Part shown: in pieces, positions 46,201 to 55,299 of the stretch
Position numbering within the stretch: position 1 is the first letter of the stretch
Layout: each line of letters opens with the position of its first letter
Origin: an uncultured virus (IMG/VR IMGVR_UViG_3300023173_001245)
Lineage: Duplodnaviria > Heunggongvirae > Uroviricota > Caudoviricetes
Virus record (IMG/VR): IMGVR_UViG_3300023173_001245
Strand: one strand, 5' to 3'
Length of the DNA stretch: 64,000 bases
Made by a program: the position numbers and the translations under genes
Notes under the pieces: model-generated
Told to the model about the DNA's origin: nothing
What the model saw: only the letters and a program-made list of their open reading frames with translations
Databases searched by the model: none

Positions 46201-47418
46201 TTGTCCATTGACATAGAATCCAGTAGCATGTACTTGACCATTAGATTGATATAAAGTTATTCCAGTTCCAACATTAACATTTGAATTATGATATACCTCA
46301 CCATTAAAAGTGGAAACGTTACTAGCAATAACACTACTAATAAATGCAGTATTGAGATATGAATTCCCCGTGGTATTAATACCTAGTATTCCATTCTGCA
46401 GTTTTTCTCCACCAGAATATACATCTGTTGCACTAACAATACCAGTATTGCCGTAAATAGTAACACCAGATCCAACCAGAATTTCGTTGTCTATTCCATT
46501 CAGAGTAATTGATGCTGGTCCTACAGTTAGAATTCCAGTTACTCTTGTATCACCTTCAACATATAACTTATATCCATCCTTAGCAGTTGTACCAATACCA
46601 ACATTCTTTACAGTATTAATACCGACAGAATCTACAGACCAAGTACCAGCAGAACCAACAACAACTCCACCGCCGCCTCCACCACCAACAGCACCAATCC
46701 ACTTACCAGTTGATGCTTGATACTGAAGGAAATAACCATCAGTCTTTGCAGTGTTTCTATCAACATCATCAAGGAACTCCAGGCGAACTTCACCACCACC
46801 GCCAAGGGTGGCAAGTTGTTCTTGTAGTCTACCAACAAGAAGTTGATAATGATTCTTGAGTTGCTCTAAGGTAACAGGATTTTGAGAAAGAGGATCACTG
46901 TTCTTTGAAGGATCATTCAACAATCCTTCTGATAATTTTCTGTACTTAATTGCAAGAAGATCGATTCTCTCTTCAAGAGAACTCAGATCAACTTTTGGTT
47001 TCTTACTTAACTCAAGGAATAGATCTTCGCGGAGAGTTACAATATCAGCACTATTAGAAGAGACGTACTTCTCTACTACCTGCTCAACCTGATCCTGATA
47101 GAGCTCTCTAAAAATACTCTGTGCTTCTCTAATCTTGAGAGATTCAATAGAATCTTCGACTAGACAAAGTTTGCGATGCTTTTCTCTAATTTCACTAACA
47201 TATTCTTCAGTAAGATCTTCTTTGACTACCTCACCTTCATATAAATCTTTTCTCCAGTCATATCTTTCATCTTCTGGTTTCTCCTCAGGCAAAGGTAGAG
47301 CGTCACCTTCATTGATGGTAACGCCCGTCTTTTTTAGATCCTCATCAAGATTCTTGATTTTGTTATCTAGATCTTTAGAGGATTTAGAGTGCTTTATACT
47401 TTTTCTAAAGAGGCCCAT
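43294..47418 (-). CDS. Collagen-like virion fibre protein with cupredoxin-like domain
   Basis: Charged helical N-terminus, very long Gly-X-Y runs, HPFYF...YYVCQFHSAM, C-terminal AEYTV..EYG..LQATP domain. Confidence 0.75.
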   Translation of the reverse strand: MGLFRKSIKHSKSSKDLDNKIKNLDEDLKKTGVTINEGDALPLPEEKPEDERYDWRKDLYEGEVVKEDLTEEYVSEIREKHRKLCLVEDSIESLKIREAQSIFRELYQDQVEQVVEKYVSSNSADIVTLREDLFLELSKKPKVDLSSLEERIDLLAIKYRKLSEGLLNDPSKNSDPLSQNPVTLEQLKNHYQLLVGRLQEQLATLGGGGEVRLEFLDDVDRNTAKTDGYFLQYQASTGKWIGAVGGGGGGGVVVGSAGTWSVDSVGINTVKNVGIGTTAKDGYKLYVEGDTRVTGILTVGPASITLNGIDNEILVGSGVTIYGNTGIVSATDVYSGGEKLQNGILGINTTGNSYLNTAFISSVIASNVSTFNGEVYHNSNVNVGTGITLYQSNGQVHATGFYVNGQEITGGGEGGGAQGTQGIQGIQGIQGEIGTGTQGATGAGTQGTQGIQGIIGVQGTTGTQGPSDGADGAQGTQGTQGTAGFSGSDGAQGATGSQGVQGTRGQLGIDGTQGTQGTSGTSVQIQGSVALNTDLPGWPNSYSGSIGDGYIVTDTGNLWVWNGSSWDDVGNITGPQGAQGADGPIGTQGLAGIGGIQGLQGTDGSQGTQGTQGFFGPQGVQGPSDGATGAQGIAGLQGVQGTQGIQGFAGQNGTQGAQGFIGAQGVSGPGGLQGLQGATGTGTQGTTGAIGTQGVQGDTGGAQGAQGADGLQGAIGVQGTTGTQGPSDGADGAQGPQGPSGPQGTDGIQGATGAGTQGTTGAQGTDGTQGAAGAGTQGATGAQGTDGTQGTDGTQGASGAQGTDGTQGATGAGTQGTQGITGEGGPIGPGGSQGVQGVQGDTGGAQGAQGATGTQGAQGIGGAQGLSGTQGTDGTQGATGAGTQGAQGASGTQGTDGTQGATGAGTQGAQGMSGAQGTDGTQGASGAQGTDGTQGATGAGTQGATGSQGTDGTQGATGAGTQGTTGVQGDIGAQGTFGTQGTTGTQGTDGAVAAQGITGAQGTTGAQGTEGTVGARTFTVTNNGSADYVIDSTNDPTLSLLRGFTYIFDINASGHPFYFQTSSGAYNAGNVYSTGVTGNGTQVGTITFEVPYNAPSTLYYVCQFHSAMNGTINVSDVGPQGVQGIQGVTGAGTQGTTGTQGATGSQGTDGTQGATGAGTQGAIGAQGTDGTQGTDGTQGATGAGTQGAIGAQGTDGTQGTSGTNGTQGTQGAVGSGTQGIQGIQGPSGGGGGGAGYWEQTGVGINTVSNVGVGTTNPQTILQVQRYGVVTGLVEHTSQAGIASAIDSFDTSTDDFLTAEYTVHVGFGTYIQSQKVLVMQNGEYSYSQEYGVMYQPDIIVSFGATMTGSTVTLQATPETGVVGLTTYRFVRGSLL

Positions 47419-47487
47419 TAACTATTATCAATTTTTTCCGTAATAGTATTTATTATACCCCCAATCTGGAAATTAATCCAGTCCTCA

Positions 47488-50400
47488 TTATGCCTGAGAT
47501 TCAGTCCAGGTGATTCTGGATGAAACTGTTAGTGGCGTGGTTGCATTAATTTCAGAAGTATCTGTTGGTTTGATTGCAATCGTTAGAAGGTCAGGACCAT
47601 TAGGGAATGTTCCATCTCCACCAAGAATCGCATTACCAAGGTCAGTAATCTGCGAAAGATCAAAGTCAGTTGTTGAAGACAGTCTCTTTCCTGCAGCGTT
47701 TTCTGTACCACCAGATGAACGTAGAGAGAAAATAGTTGTTCCACCAATAACTTTATCACCAGCAATATGTTTAACAAGTTCCGAAAGTGATGGTGAAGTA
47801 ACATTCTCATAAGTCTGATTACTGATAGCACCATTCAGAATAACATCAACCGTACAGTCATGAGAAACTGTAATACCAAGAGATTTCAACTGCAACTGCA
47901 TTCGATTAATAATTTCTCTCTGTCCAAGTGCTCCTGTCAATCCATTATCAACAGAAGGGGCAAGGCGAATACTAATCAAAGGAACATCACTATTAAGGTC
48001 AATACTTCCACCACCAGCTGATGGAGCACCAACACTTATGGATGTTCCAGAATTAATTATTGGATAAACCGCAGGTGGGTTGTATCTTCTACTAGAAGAT
48101 TGGTAGATATAAACGTTGAAATTACCACCAGAATAATCCGTATAGTCAACAAGATCTCCATTCAAAGCACCATCGGCAGTATATAATGGAGTACCAGCAG
48201 AGAATTTAGAAGCATCATTAGTATTAAAAGGTATTCTTACATAGAAATTAAATTCTCTGGCAGAATAGTCATAAAGATAAGTAATACTGGAAGCACCTGT
48301 TGTAGTAGCAGTGCTAGAGTCACCGTTTGTAAAGATCAGGTTGTTTGATGCGGCAGTGAATAGATATGCTTTATCATCGTCAAATTTTCCGTCCATAATC
48401 ACAGAAGTACCCCAGTGGAATAGGGATGGAACATATGATGGACGATCAAAGTTTTCAATTTCGTATCTGGCAGGAATGTTACCAGATCTCATATATGCTT
48501 CTTTAAGGATATTATTATGCCTAAATTCGTGCATGTACTTAACATGACCATAAGTATCCTTAAATCCAAATCTGATCTTACCAGCACCATACCAAGAGTA
48601 GTCCAGATATACCATTTGAATCTTAGTTATATCTAAATCAAATCCTGATGGACCACTTCCATCTGCCTTATCAATATTCCACTCAGTTTGTGGAACTTTT
48701 GTATCTACCGTCTTAGTAATAATTGCATCAGAAGAACTAACACCCTTATATGCAGGTTGTATATTAATTTCAGTTCTAGAAACAACTTTGGTGATTCTGT
48801 AACTAGATCCTCTTATAACAACAAATCCACCAACACTCAATTGACCAGTAAAGTTAGTGTCATTGCCAATAATGACATTGCTACCTTTGGTTGCTCTACA
48901 AGTACCAGGCAACTGTTGTACTGAAGACCTTCTTACAGCATATAAAGTTTGTCCATCAAACTCATAGAAGAATCCATTTTGATAATCAAATAGACCGCAG
49001 CGAACAGCACTATTAGACCAACCATCAATATTATACTCAACAATTCCATCAGGAATACCACTATTAGGAACACTGGGTAGATAATAACTAATTGTGAAAT
49101 CATCAGATGCTTTAACATCAAAGGTTCCATTATATGCGTTATCGGAAGAACCACTAACTGTTATAGCGTTTGCTCTTGTAATACCATGAGGATACTTTGT
49201 TGTTAATTTAGCAATAGTGGTTGTAATACCTGCAGGTTCTAATTCAATTTTCCCAAACATGGTTGAATGATTTTCACACTGATAATAATATGTGCCTGTT
49301 GATATTCCACTAGTGTTCCATAGTATTTTTCCACTGTCTGTACCATTATTTGTTATTCCAGTGGTGACACTACTTCCAGTTCCAGTAACTGCAGCAGTCT
49401 TAATCCAGAAAGGATGACCAGGCGAATTGACCACAAATTCAATTGTATCTCCTTCAGCAAGGGCTACTTCTGGATTTTGCCCAAAAACAGTAACGTTCCT
49501 ATCAGATCCAGAAAGGTTGTAACTTGAACTGTCATTGTTATTAACAAAAACTTGATAACTTTCTGCAGGGAGAGATGTACTTGCAGAACTAACTAAAGCA
49601 TTAGCAACTCTTGATGGGTTGAAGTTAATAGCAACAGAACACTGAATACCTTTACCTGACTGATAACGGAAATACTTACGAGTTTGTCTAACAATAGAAC
49701 TATTAGGAGAAGTACCAGCATTAATCTCAACACCACCGTCAAATGGTCTATGCAAGAAAGCACCATCAGGTCTTGTATAAATTTTTGTTGGTACATAATA
49801 ACTTGCTGAAGGTATTTCAACACCAGGAATATTATCTACAGTTAATTCAGTATCATCAATAACAGAAACAACATTAAATCTTAAGAATGATGGTGGAGTT
49901 GTAGTAGAATTTGATATTGTAAATTCATCTCCCTCTTTAAAGAATCTCTTAAATAATGAATCTGTCCCAGTTATAATGGTACTAGTAGATGTAATAGCAA
50001 CAGATCCATCTCCAGCAGAAAGACCAGATATTGATGGGACTGTAATAGTCTGTGTTCCAGAAGTTGTTGTACCAATACCAATAGCATTCCCAGATTCGGC
50101 ATTTAATGCACTTGCAGCCAATCTGAAATGATTTGGTCCATCAGATACAGCATAATAAGTACTAGAACTAGTCAATCCACTAATACCCTCTCCAGTATAT
50201 ACTACTTTTTGTTGAGAAAGCAATTTGTGATTATTGACATTAATATAAACCGTTCCGTCAATTTCTTGAATTTGAGTACTACCAACAGAAATTACTCTCT
50301 GTGGAATTTCAGCATTTGAGAATGAAGTTATGGTTGTTTCGGTTTTACTGTCAATATTATAATATCCATCAAGAGCACCAGTTAGTTCTTCGGTTTGGAA

Positions 50401-53400
50401 CAAGAATGGAGAGGTTCCAGAATTAGTAAGATTAAAAACAGTATCATTAGAAGTCTGAAGTCTTATTCTATTGCCTGTTGGTTTTGTTAAAACAGCTGTA
50501 GTAGTTGGACTTGAGAATGTAGGATTAGTCAGACCAGAAGAAATCTGTGTGGCAATAGTGTTTGCCATTTGTGCTGTGGTAAGTGTAGATCCACTAACAC
50601 CATAGTTGCTAGAAGTAGTCCCCGCCTTAATTTGAACCCAAACTTTTACTTCATAAGAGGTTCCATAACTATTAAAGTTGTATGGAATGAGGTATCGATT
50701 ATTAGGATAATATATGTTACTAGATGGTGTTGCATAATAATTTGGCCAATTACTATTATCAATTATCAAGGTCAAACACATCAATCCATGATATGTACTA
50801 TTTGGTGCGAAATAGTTAGATTCATAATTATATCTCCAACCATTACCTAAAGAAGTCCAGTTCTGGTAATTATTATTTTCATTACCCAGTGTTCCCGAAA
50901 GACCATAATGATAAGAACCCCAAGAACTTTGATACCATTGTGTAGTACCAGTATCAGAAGGTCTTTGATATACTTCAAGAATATAATCAGTATTAGTTTG
51001 TGTTTCAAATGGGGTCATTTGAACATAATAACCAAGACCACCTATACTAGTAGAAGACCAAATATCAAATGGTTGTCCTGTGCGGAAGTTTTGACTCGAA
51101 ACATTGACACTAGATCCAGCTTTAGTATTATAAAATTGATTATATGTCATATACCAATATTGTCTTCCATTATCAAAAAAGACGTTACTTGAAGTCAATG
51201 GATAGTAATGAGTACTACCAGTATAGAATATTGTAGTATGATCACTACCCATTGTGGATTTAATACTATTCAATGCATCAACACACTTCTTATATACTGT
51301 TGATATAGAATTGACAGTTGGTGTTGCTGGACCACTTGTGGTAGATGGTAAAGATCCCCCATCTGTGCTAAAGACAACATTCTTTCCTTGAATAAGGTTA
51401 TTTGGTCCAAGATAAAAACTATTTGCTGTTGGATTTTGTCGCTGACCAGTAACAGTATAATTACCAGTTGCAGCATTAATTCTGCTATAAGAAGTTAATT
51501 TAATCCTATTCTCAGAAAGAACTCTAATTGTATCAGTTGCACCAGAGGCAAGAGTACTAAAGGATGGGCTTGTACCAAAAAAAGTGGATGACGTTTGATA
51601 AGAAATATTGCTTCCAGAATTAGTAGTAAAAGTTGCAGTAGATCCACTTTCTAGTTCATGATTTTGAATATACAGTGAATCTGATTCCGAATCATTAAGT
51701 AACCAGAAACAGAAAGTAGTTCCACTACCCCAGTTAGAATTAGTTTGTGAAGCTTGTTGATTATACTGGAATTGATTTACAAATAAGTGTCTCCAATATC
51801 CAGGACTTGAATAAAGATAATTATACTTATTATTTTGATACCCATAGTTTTCATATCTATTAAAGTCTTCTATGAAATCATATCCATCAGGAGTTGTTCC
51901 ACTCTTGTTAAAAGTAAAATTGGTATTATCACGAGTAGAGTACATTGGAGTACCTACAATGATAGAACTCATGTTAGTGGATTGATTTTTTTGAACGTAC
52001 ATCGTTCTTTCTGGATACTTTCCACCTAATCCCCAATAACCACCTCTACTGAAATTAGATGCCACAGAATAAGTATATAAATCTCTACCAGATCCAGATC
52101 CACTCCAGTAACGTCTTGTAAAAAGATAACTATTATAATCATTTGCATTGCTGTAAGCATACCAAAGCTCATATCCCAAAATCAGTTGGTGCCTTCCATA
52201 ATTGGAAGTTCCTTGACTGGTAAAACTAATGGTGGCATTGCCAGTATAATTTCCATTAGTTGTTTCACACAGAGTGATCGTATTTGCACTAGGTGCAGAT
52301 TTTACATAGTAAATTTGGAATCTTTGAAGTCCACCAATGTGAGTATCTCCAGATGGTGGGATATAAAGAAGAACATCACCTGCTTGAAGTTGGTGATTTG
52401 TCCATGTAATGGTATTATCTGCAGTATTAACCGCAGAACTACTAAATTTGTGGGCATAGGTGCCCGTCATTTGTTTAGTCTCAGTCTGAGTAAGGTCTGG
52501 AGTTAAAGTTACAGAAAGAGTATCTACATGATCAACATATGGTCTACCATCAGGAGCAGTATCTGTTGTTGTTTGTTCTAATGTATATTTTTCAGAACCG
52601 ATTGTGTTTGTAACATAAACACTAGATCCAGCTTCAAATCCATGAGCATAAGAAGTTTCAACTCTTAATGTTGATGGGTTAGCACCATTAGTTTCAACAC
52701 CTACATCTTCATTAATATCAATATTTGATCCTTGATAGAATTGTCCTGGTGTTATAACAGTATAACTGCCACTAATTGTTGCATTAGCAGCCTGAACTGT
52801 TTTTGCTTTATAAACAAATGTATTTGCATCGATTACTGCAGTAACCAAAAACTTTCCTTCTGCGGTCCTAGAACTGAGACCCTGAACGTCAATTGGTGCT
52901 CCAACAGTTAGACCATGAGCCTCAATCGTACTTACTGTTATATTATCAGATCCATTAGTTGCTGTTACGCTGGAAACATCAGTAATAGAATAATCAGAAG
53001 AACTTGCATAAAAAGATGGTATATTATTAACCAATTCCATGGTTTCCCACTTAGTTGGTTGTAGACCATATTCAAAGTCAGTATCAATTAGGTTTTGTGG
53101 ATTTGATACTCTTAACTTACTTACAGGATCAACAAAAGTTTCTGAGAAATCAATTTTATCTTCTGTAATGTCTACAAATATTTGTAGATCATCTAAAGGA
53201 TCTAAATGAGATGTATCGTGCTTTAGAGTTAATGTCGTAACGTTTGTAACTCTATTATAATAAGTAGATCCACCTTTTGTACTATCAGCAAAATTATAAA
53301 TGATTTCGTTGTTGGATGAGATTGCACCACCACTCAATCTTCCAACATCTACAGTAAATGTATCAGCATCCGTTACTGTAATTGATAGGTCTTGACCATA

Positions 53401-53796
53401 TGCCGGATCAGTTGTTCTTGGATAACTATGCTCTGTTGCATAATCATCTTTAGCACAAGTGAAAGTTACTCCAAGCGATCTAAATTGAATTGTTGCACCA
53501 GTACTCAACCCATGAGAAGTGGTTGTAGTAACTGTCATAATACCGGTATCTTCATCAAATGTTGTACCGGTAGTAGATACAACTAAATCACCTGATCCAC
53601 CACCAGTAATTTCAATAGCACCTGTGGATCCTGCATATTCATCTCTAACAAAAGTATGGGGATATAAACCGTTAGTACCTACATCAGTTACTAATTGCCA
53701 AGTTTTCGCTGGATAATTTCCTTCTATTTCGATAGTACCCGTACCAGCACCGGTACCTGGTGTAAAAGTATAATTATAAATTAACTTTTTTGCCAT
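47488..53796 (-). CDS. Large virion structural protein (2102 aa)
   Basis: DPVSKLRVSNPQNLIDTDFEYGLQPTKWE, HRPFDGGV, RQTRKYFRYQSGKG, YSWYGAG, HWGTSVIMDG, cupredoxin-like insert; late cores at 53822 and 53881. Confidence 0.75.
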   Translation of the reverse strand: MAKKLIYNYTFTPGTGAGTGTIEIEGNYPAKTWQLVTDVGTNGLYPHTFVRDEYAGSTGAIEITGGGSGDLVVSTTGTTFDEDTGIMTVTTTTSHGLSTGATIQFRSLGVTFTCAKDDYATEHSYPRTTDPAYGQDLSITVTDADTFTVDVGRLSGGAISSNNEIIYNFADSTKGGSTYYNRVTNVTTLTLKHDTSHLDPLDDLQIFVDITEDKIDFSETFVDPVSKLRVSNPQNLIDTDFEYGLQPTKWETMELVNNIPSFYASSSDYSITDVSSVTATNGSDNITVSTIEAHGLTVGAPIDVQGLSSRTAEGKFLVTAVIDANTFVYKAKTVQAANATISGSYTVITPGQFYQGSNIDINEDVGVETNGANPSTLRVETSYAHGFEAGSSVYVTNTIGSEKYTLEQTTTDTAPDGRPYVDHVDTLSVTLTPDLTQTETKQMTGTYAHKFSSSAVNTADNTITWTNHQLQAGDVLLYIPPSGDTHIGGLQRFQIYYVKSAPSANTITLCETTNGNYTGNATISFTSQGTSNYGRHQLILGYELWYAYSNANDYNSYLFTRRYWSGSGSGRDLYTYSVASNFSRGGYWGLGGKYPERTMYVQKNQSTNMSSIIVGTPMYSTRDNTNFTFNKSGTTPDGYDFIEDFNRYENYGYQNNKYNYLYSSPGYWRHLFVNQFQYNQQASQTNSNWGSGTTFCFWLLNDSESDSLYIQNHELESGSTATFTTNSGSNISYQTSSTFFGTSPSFSTLASGATDTIRVLSENRIKLTSYSRINAATGNYTVTGQRQNPTANSFYLGPNNLIQGKNVVFSTDGGSLPSTTSGPATPTVNSISTVYKKCVDALNSIKSTMGSDHTTIFYTGSTHYYPLTSSNVFFDNGRQYWYMTYNQFYNTKAGSSVNVSSQNFRTGQPFDIWSSTSIGGLGYYVQMTPFETQTNTDYILEVYQRPSDTGTTQWYQSSWGSYHYGLSGTLGNENNNYQNWTSLGNGWRYNYESNYFAPNSTYHGLMCLTLIIDNSNWPNYYATPSSNIYYPNNRYLIPYNFNSYGTSYEVKVWVQIKAGTTSSNYGVSGSTLTTAQMANTIATQISSGLTNPTFSSPTTTAVLTKPTGNRIRLQTSNDTVFNLTNSGTSPFLFQTEELTGALDGYYNIDSKTETTITSFSNAEIPQRVISVGSTQIQEIDGTVYINVNNHKLLSQQKVVYTGEGISGLTSSSTYYAVSDGPNHFRLAASALNAESGNAIGIGTTTSGTQTITVPSISGLSAGDGSVAITSTSTIITGTDSLFKRFFKEGDEFTISNSTTTPPSFLRFNVVSVIDDTELTVDNIPGVEIPSASYYVPTKIYTRPDGAFLHRPFDGGVEINAGTSPNSSIVRQTRKYFRYQSGKGIQCSVAINFNPSRVANALVSSASTSLPAESYQVFVNNNDSSSYNLSGSDRNVTVFGQNPEVALAEGDTIEFVVNSPGHPFWIKTAAVTGTGSSVTTGITNNGTDSGKILWNTSGISTGTYYYQCENHSTMFGKIELEPAGITTTIAKLTTKYPHGITRANAITVSGSSDNAYNGTFDVKASDDFTISYYLPSVPNSGIPDGIVEYNIDGWSNSAVRCGLFDYQNGFFYEFDGQTLYAVRRSSVQQLPGTCRATKGSNVIIGNDTNFTGQLSVGGFVVIRGSSYRITKVVSRTEINIQPAYKGVSSSDAIITKTVDTKVPQTEWNIDKADGSGPSGFDLDITKIQMVYLDYSWYGAGKIRFGFKDTYGHVKYMHEFRHNNILKEAYMRSGNIPARYEIENFDRPSYVPSLFHWGTSVIMDGKFDDDKAYLFTAASNNLIFTNGDSSTATTTGASSITYLYDYSAREFNFYVRIPFNTNDASKFSAGTPLYTADGALNGDLVDYTDYSGGNFNVYIYQSSSRRYNPPAVYPIINSGTSISVGAPSAGGGSIDLNSDVPLISIRLAPSVDNGLTGALGQREIINRMQLQLKSLGITVSHDCTVDVILNGAISNQTYENVTSPSLSELVKHIAGDKVIGGTTIFSLRSSGGTENAAGKRLSSTTDFDLSQITDLGNAILGGDGTFPNGPDLLTIAIKPTDTSEINATTPLTVSSRITWTESQA

Positions 53797-53837
53797 CTGT
53801 TAGGATCCTTTATATATCAAATATTTAGTAGAAGGTT

Positions 53838-53993
53838 CTAATATCGATATTCCTCGATTTTGTCTAAAACCTTGTTGAGGTATTTATGTGCTATTTCCTT
53901 TTCCCCAGGATATCCCGCATCATGATCAACCTGATGTTTTAACTTGAGAATATGACACTTTAATTCTTCCTTGTTTAATTGATATCGCGGCAT
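53838..53993 (-). CDS. Hypothetical protein (51 aa)
   Basis: MPRYQLNKEELKCHILKLKHQVDHDAGYPGEKEIAHKYLNKVLDKIEEYRY. Confidence 0.65.
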   Translation of the reverse strand: MPRYQLNKEELKCHILKLKHQVDHDAGYPGEKEIAHKYLNKVLDKIEEYRY

Positions 53994-53997
53994 ACAC

Positions 53998-54030
53998 AAA
54001 AAAACTCTGCTCCTTATATAGAAGCAGAGT
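53998..54030 (-). terminator. Intrinsic terminator
   Basis: ACTCTGCT..AGCAGAGT plus T7 on the minus strand. Confidence 0.7.
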
Positions 54031-54051
54031 AAAGTATTAATCCTTATTATT

Positions 54052-54594
54052 TCAAGCAGGTGTTGGTTCCTTAACAGTACTCTTAACGTACTCTAGAACT
54101 GCTTCGGGTGTCGATGCTTCGTAGGGATCAGAGTCTGCGTTGTCGCGCATACCTTCTTCAACGAAGAGTTTCTCAATGACTCCATCATTAACGACAGCAG
54201 CATAACGCCAACTACGCTCACCAAAGCCAAGATTAGACTTATTGACCAGGTAACCCATTGAACGGGTGAAGTAGGCATTACCATCTGGTACTAGTTGTAC
54301 TTTTTCGATACCGAGAGATTTACCCCAGGAATTCATTACAAAACCATCATTAACAGAGATGCAGTAAATAGCATCGATACCAAGTTCAGCAAACTCTTCA
54401 TACTGCTGCTCAAATCCAGGGAGTTGATAAGCACTACAAGTAGGAGTGTATGCACCAGGTAGACTGAAAATAACCACACGCTTACCATTGAAAAGTTCAG
54501 CAGAGGTCTTAGTTACGAATTCACCACCAATACGATATACAAATTCTACTTGGGGTACTTGATACTGTTCTTTACGCATTTTTACTTCTATCAT
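54052..54594 (-). CDS. Peroxiredoxin (Prx5/type II family)
   Basis: FSLPGAYTPTCS..QLPG, ISVNDGFVM..W, GFGERSWRYA; true start may be Met at 54579. Confidence 0.92.
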   Translation of the reverse strand: MIEVKMRKEQYQVPQVEFVYRIGGEFVTKTSAELFNGKRVVIFSLPGAYTPTCSAYQLPGFEQQYEEFAELGIDAIYCISVNDGFVMNSWGKSLGIEKVQLVPDGNAYFTRSMGYLVNKSNLGFGERSWRYAAVVNDGVIEKLFVEEGMRDNADSDPYEASTPEAVLEYVKSTVKEPTPA

Positions 54595-54723
54595 TTAATT
54601 AGTAGGATTATATGCGGGGATCATCATACCCCCGCCAAAGTCATCATCATCGTCAGCACCATTGCTACCAAGGGCGCTGATGAGGATCCACATTCCCAGT
54701 AACATTGATGCTAACAATATCAT
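54595..54723 (-). CDS. Small membrane protein with acidic DDDDD-GGGMM tail
   Basis: MILLASMLLGMWILISALGSNGADDDDDFGGGMMIPAYNPTN; TGATG coupling to hli. Confidence 0.65.
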   Translation of the reverse strand: MILLASMLLGMWILISALGSNGADDDDDFGGGMMIPAYNPTN

Positions 54724-54830
54724 CACCATACTCCAGGAATGATTTGTCCTGTGGTGAAGTAGGCACCGAAGGCGGCAACGATACCAATCATCGCTGCCCA
54801 ACCATTAATACGTTCTGCTTTTTCGTTCAT
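54723..54830 (-). CDS. hli: High-light-inducible protein (35 aa)
   Basis: MNEKAERINGWAAMIGIVAAFGAYFTTGQIIPGVW (AExxNGxxAM; TGQIIPG). Confidence 0.95.
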   Translation of the reverse strand: MNEKAERINGWAAMIGIVAAFGAYFTTGQIIPGVW

Positions 54831-54910
54831 TGTTCGTCTCCAGATTTAGTGAGTAGTGCTGCCCCTGCAAAAGAGGCGAATAGAATTCCTGCAAGGGCAA
54901 GTAGTTCCAT
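54827..54910 (-). CDS. Micro-protein (27 aa, hydrophobic)
   Basis: [27 protein letters not shown]; coupled to the petF stop and the hli start. Confidence 0.55.
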   Translation of the reverse strand: MELLALAGILFASFAGAALLTKSGDEQ

Positions 54911-55200
54911 TAGAGGTTTTCTTCTTGTTCAGTCAGAATAACGCAATCCGACTTTGGATATGCGACACAGGTAAGAACAAATCCGTCTGCGATTTGATCG
55001 TCGTCCAGGAAGGACTGTTCTTCATTATCAACTTCACCTTCAATCAACTTACCAGCACAGGCAGAGCAAGCACCAGCTTTACACGATGAAGGAAGGTCAA
55101 CGCCTGCTTCTTCAGCAGCCTCAAGGATGTACTGATCCTCCTCACATTGAATGACGGTCTCGGTGCCGTCGGGAGTGCGGAGAGTAACATTGTATGCCAT
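54910..55200 (-). CDS. petF: Plant-type [2Fe-2S] ferredoxin
   Basis: [15 protein letters not shown] ... VLTCVAYP. Confidence 0.97.
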   Translation of the reverse strand: MAYNVTLRTPDGTETVIQCEEDQYILEAAEEAGVDLPSSCKAGACSACAGKLIEGEVDNEEQSFLDDDQIADGFVLTCVAYPKSDCVILTEQEENL

Positions 55201-55203
55201 AAG

Positions 55204-55290
55204 TTAGTAAGTTTCGGACAATTGATTAACTGAGTGCGCCAACAAAACAAAGAAGGCGACACTGGTTATTGTAAATAAAAGTGAAGTCAT
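55204..55290 (-). CDS. Micro-protein (28 aa, hydrophobic)
   Basis: MTSLLFTITSVAFFVLLAHSVNQLSETY; fills the gap between hli and petF. Confidence 0.55.
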   Translation of the reverse strand: MTSLLFTITSVAFFVLLAHSVNQLSETY

Positions 55291-55299
55291 TGTCAAGTG

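Noticed and set aside
3791..46254. Many alternate-frame and antisense ORFs rich in LKVL/STLS repeats (for example 7926-8585, 7975-8619, 20542-21078, 44845-45726)
   Set aside because: These are shadows of the collagen-coding repeats, whose codons lack stops in other frames; no RBS or promoter support
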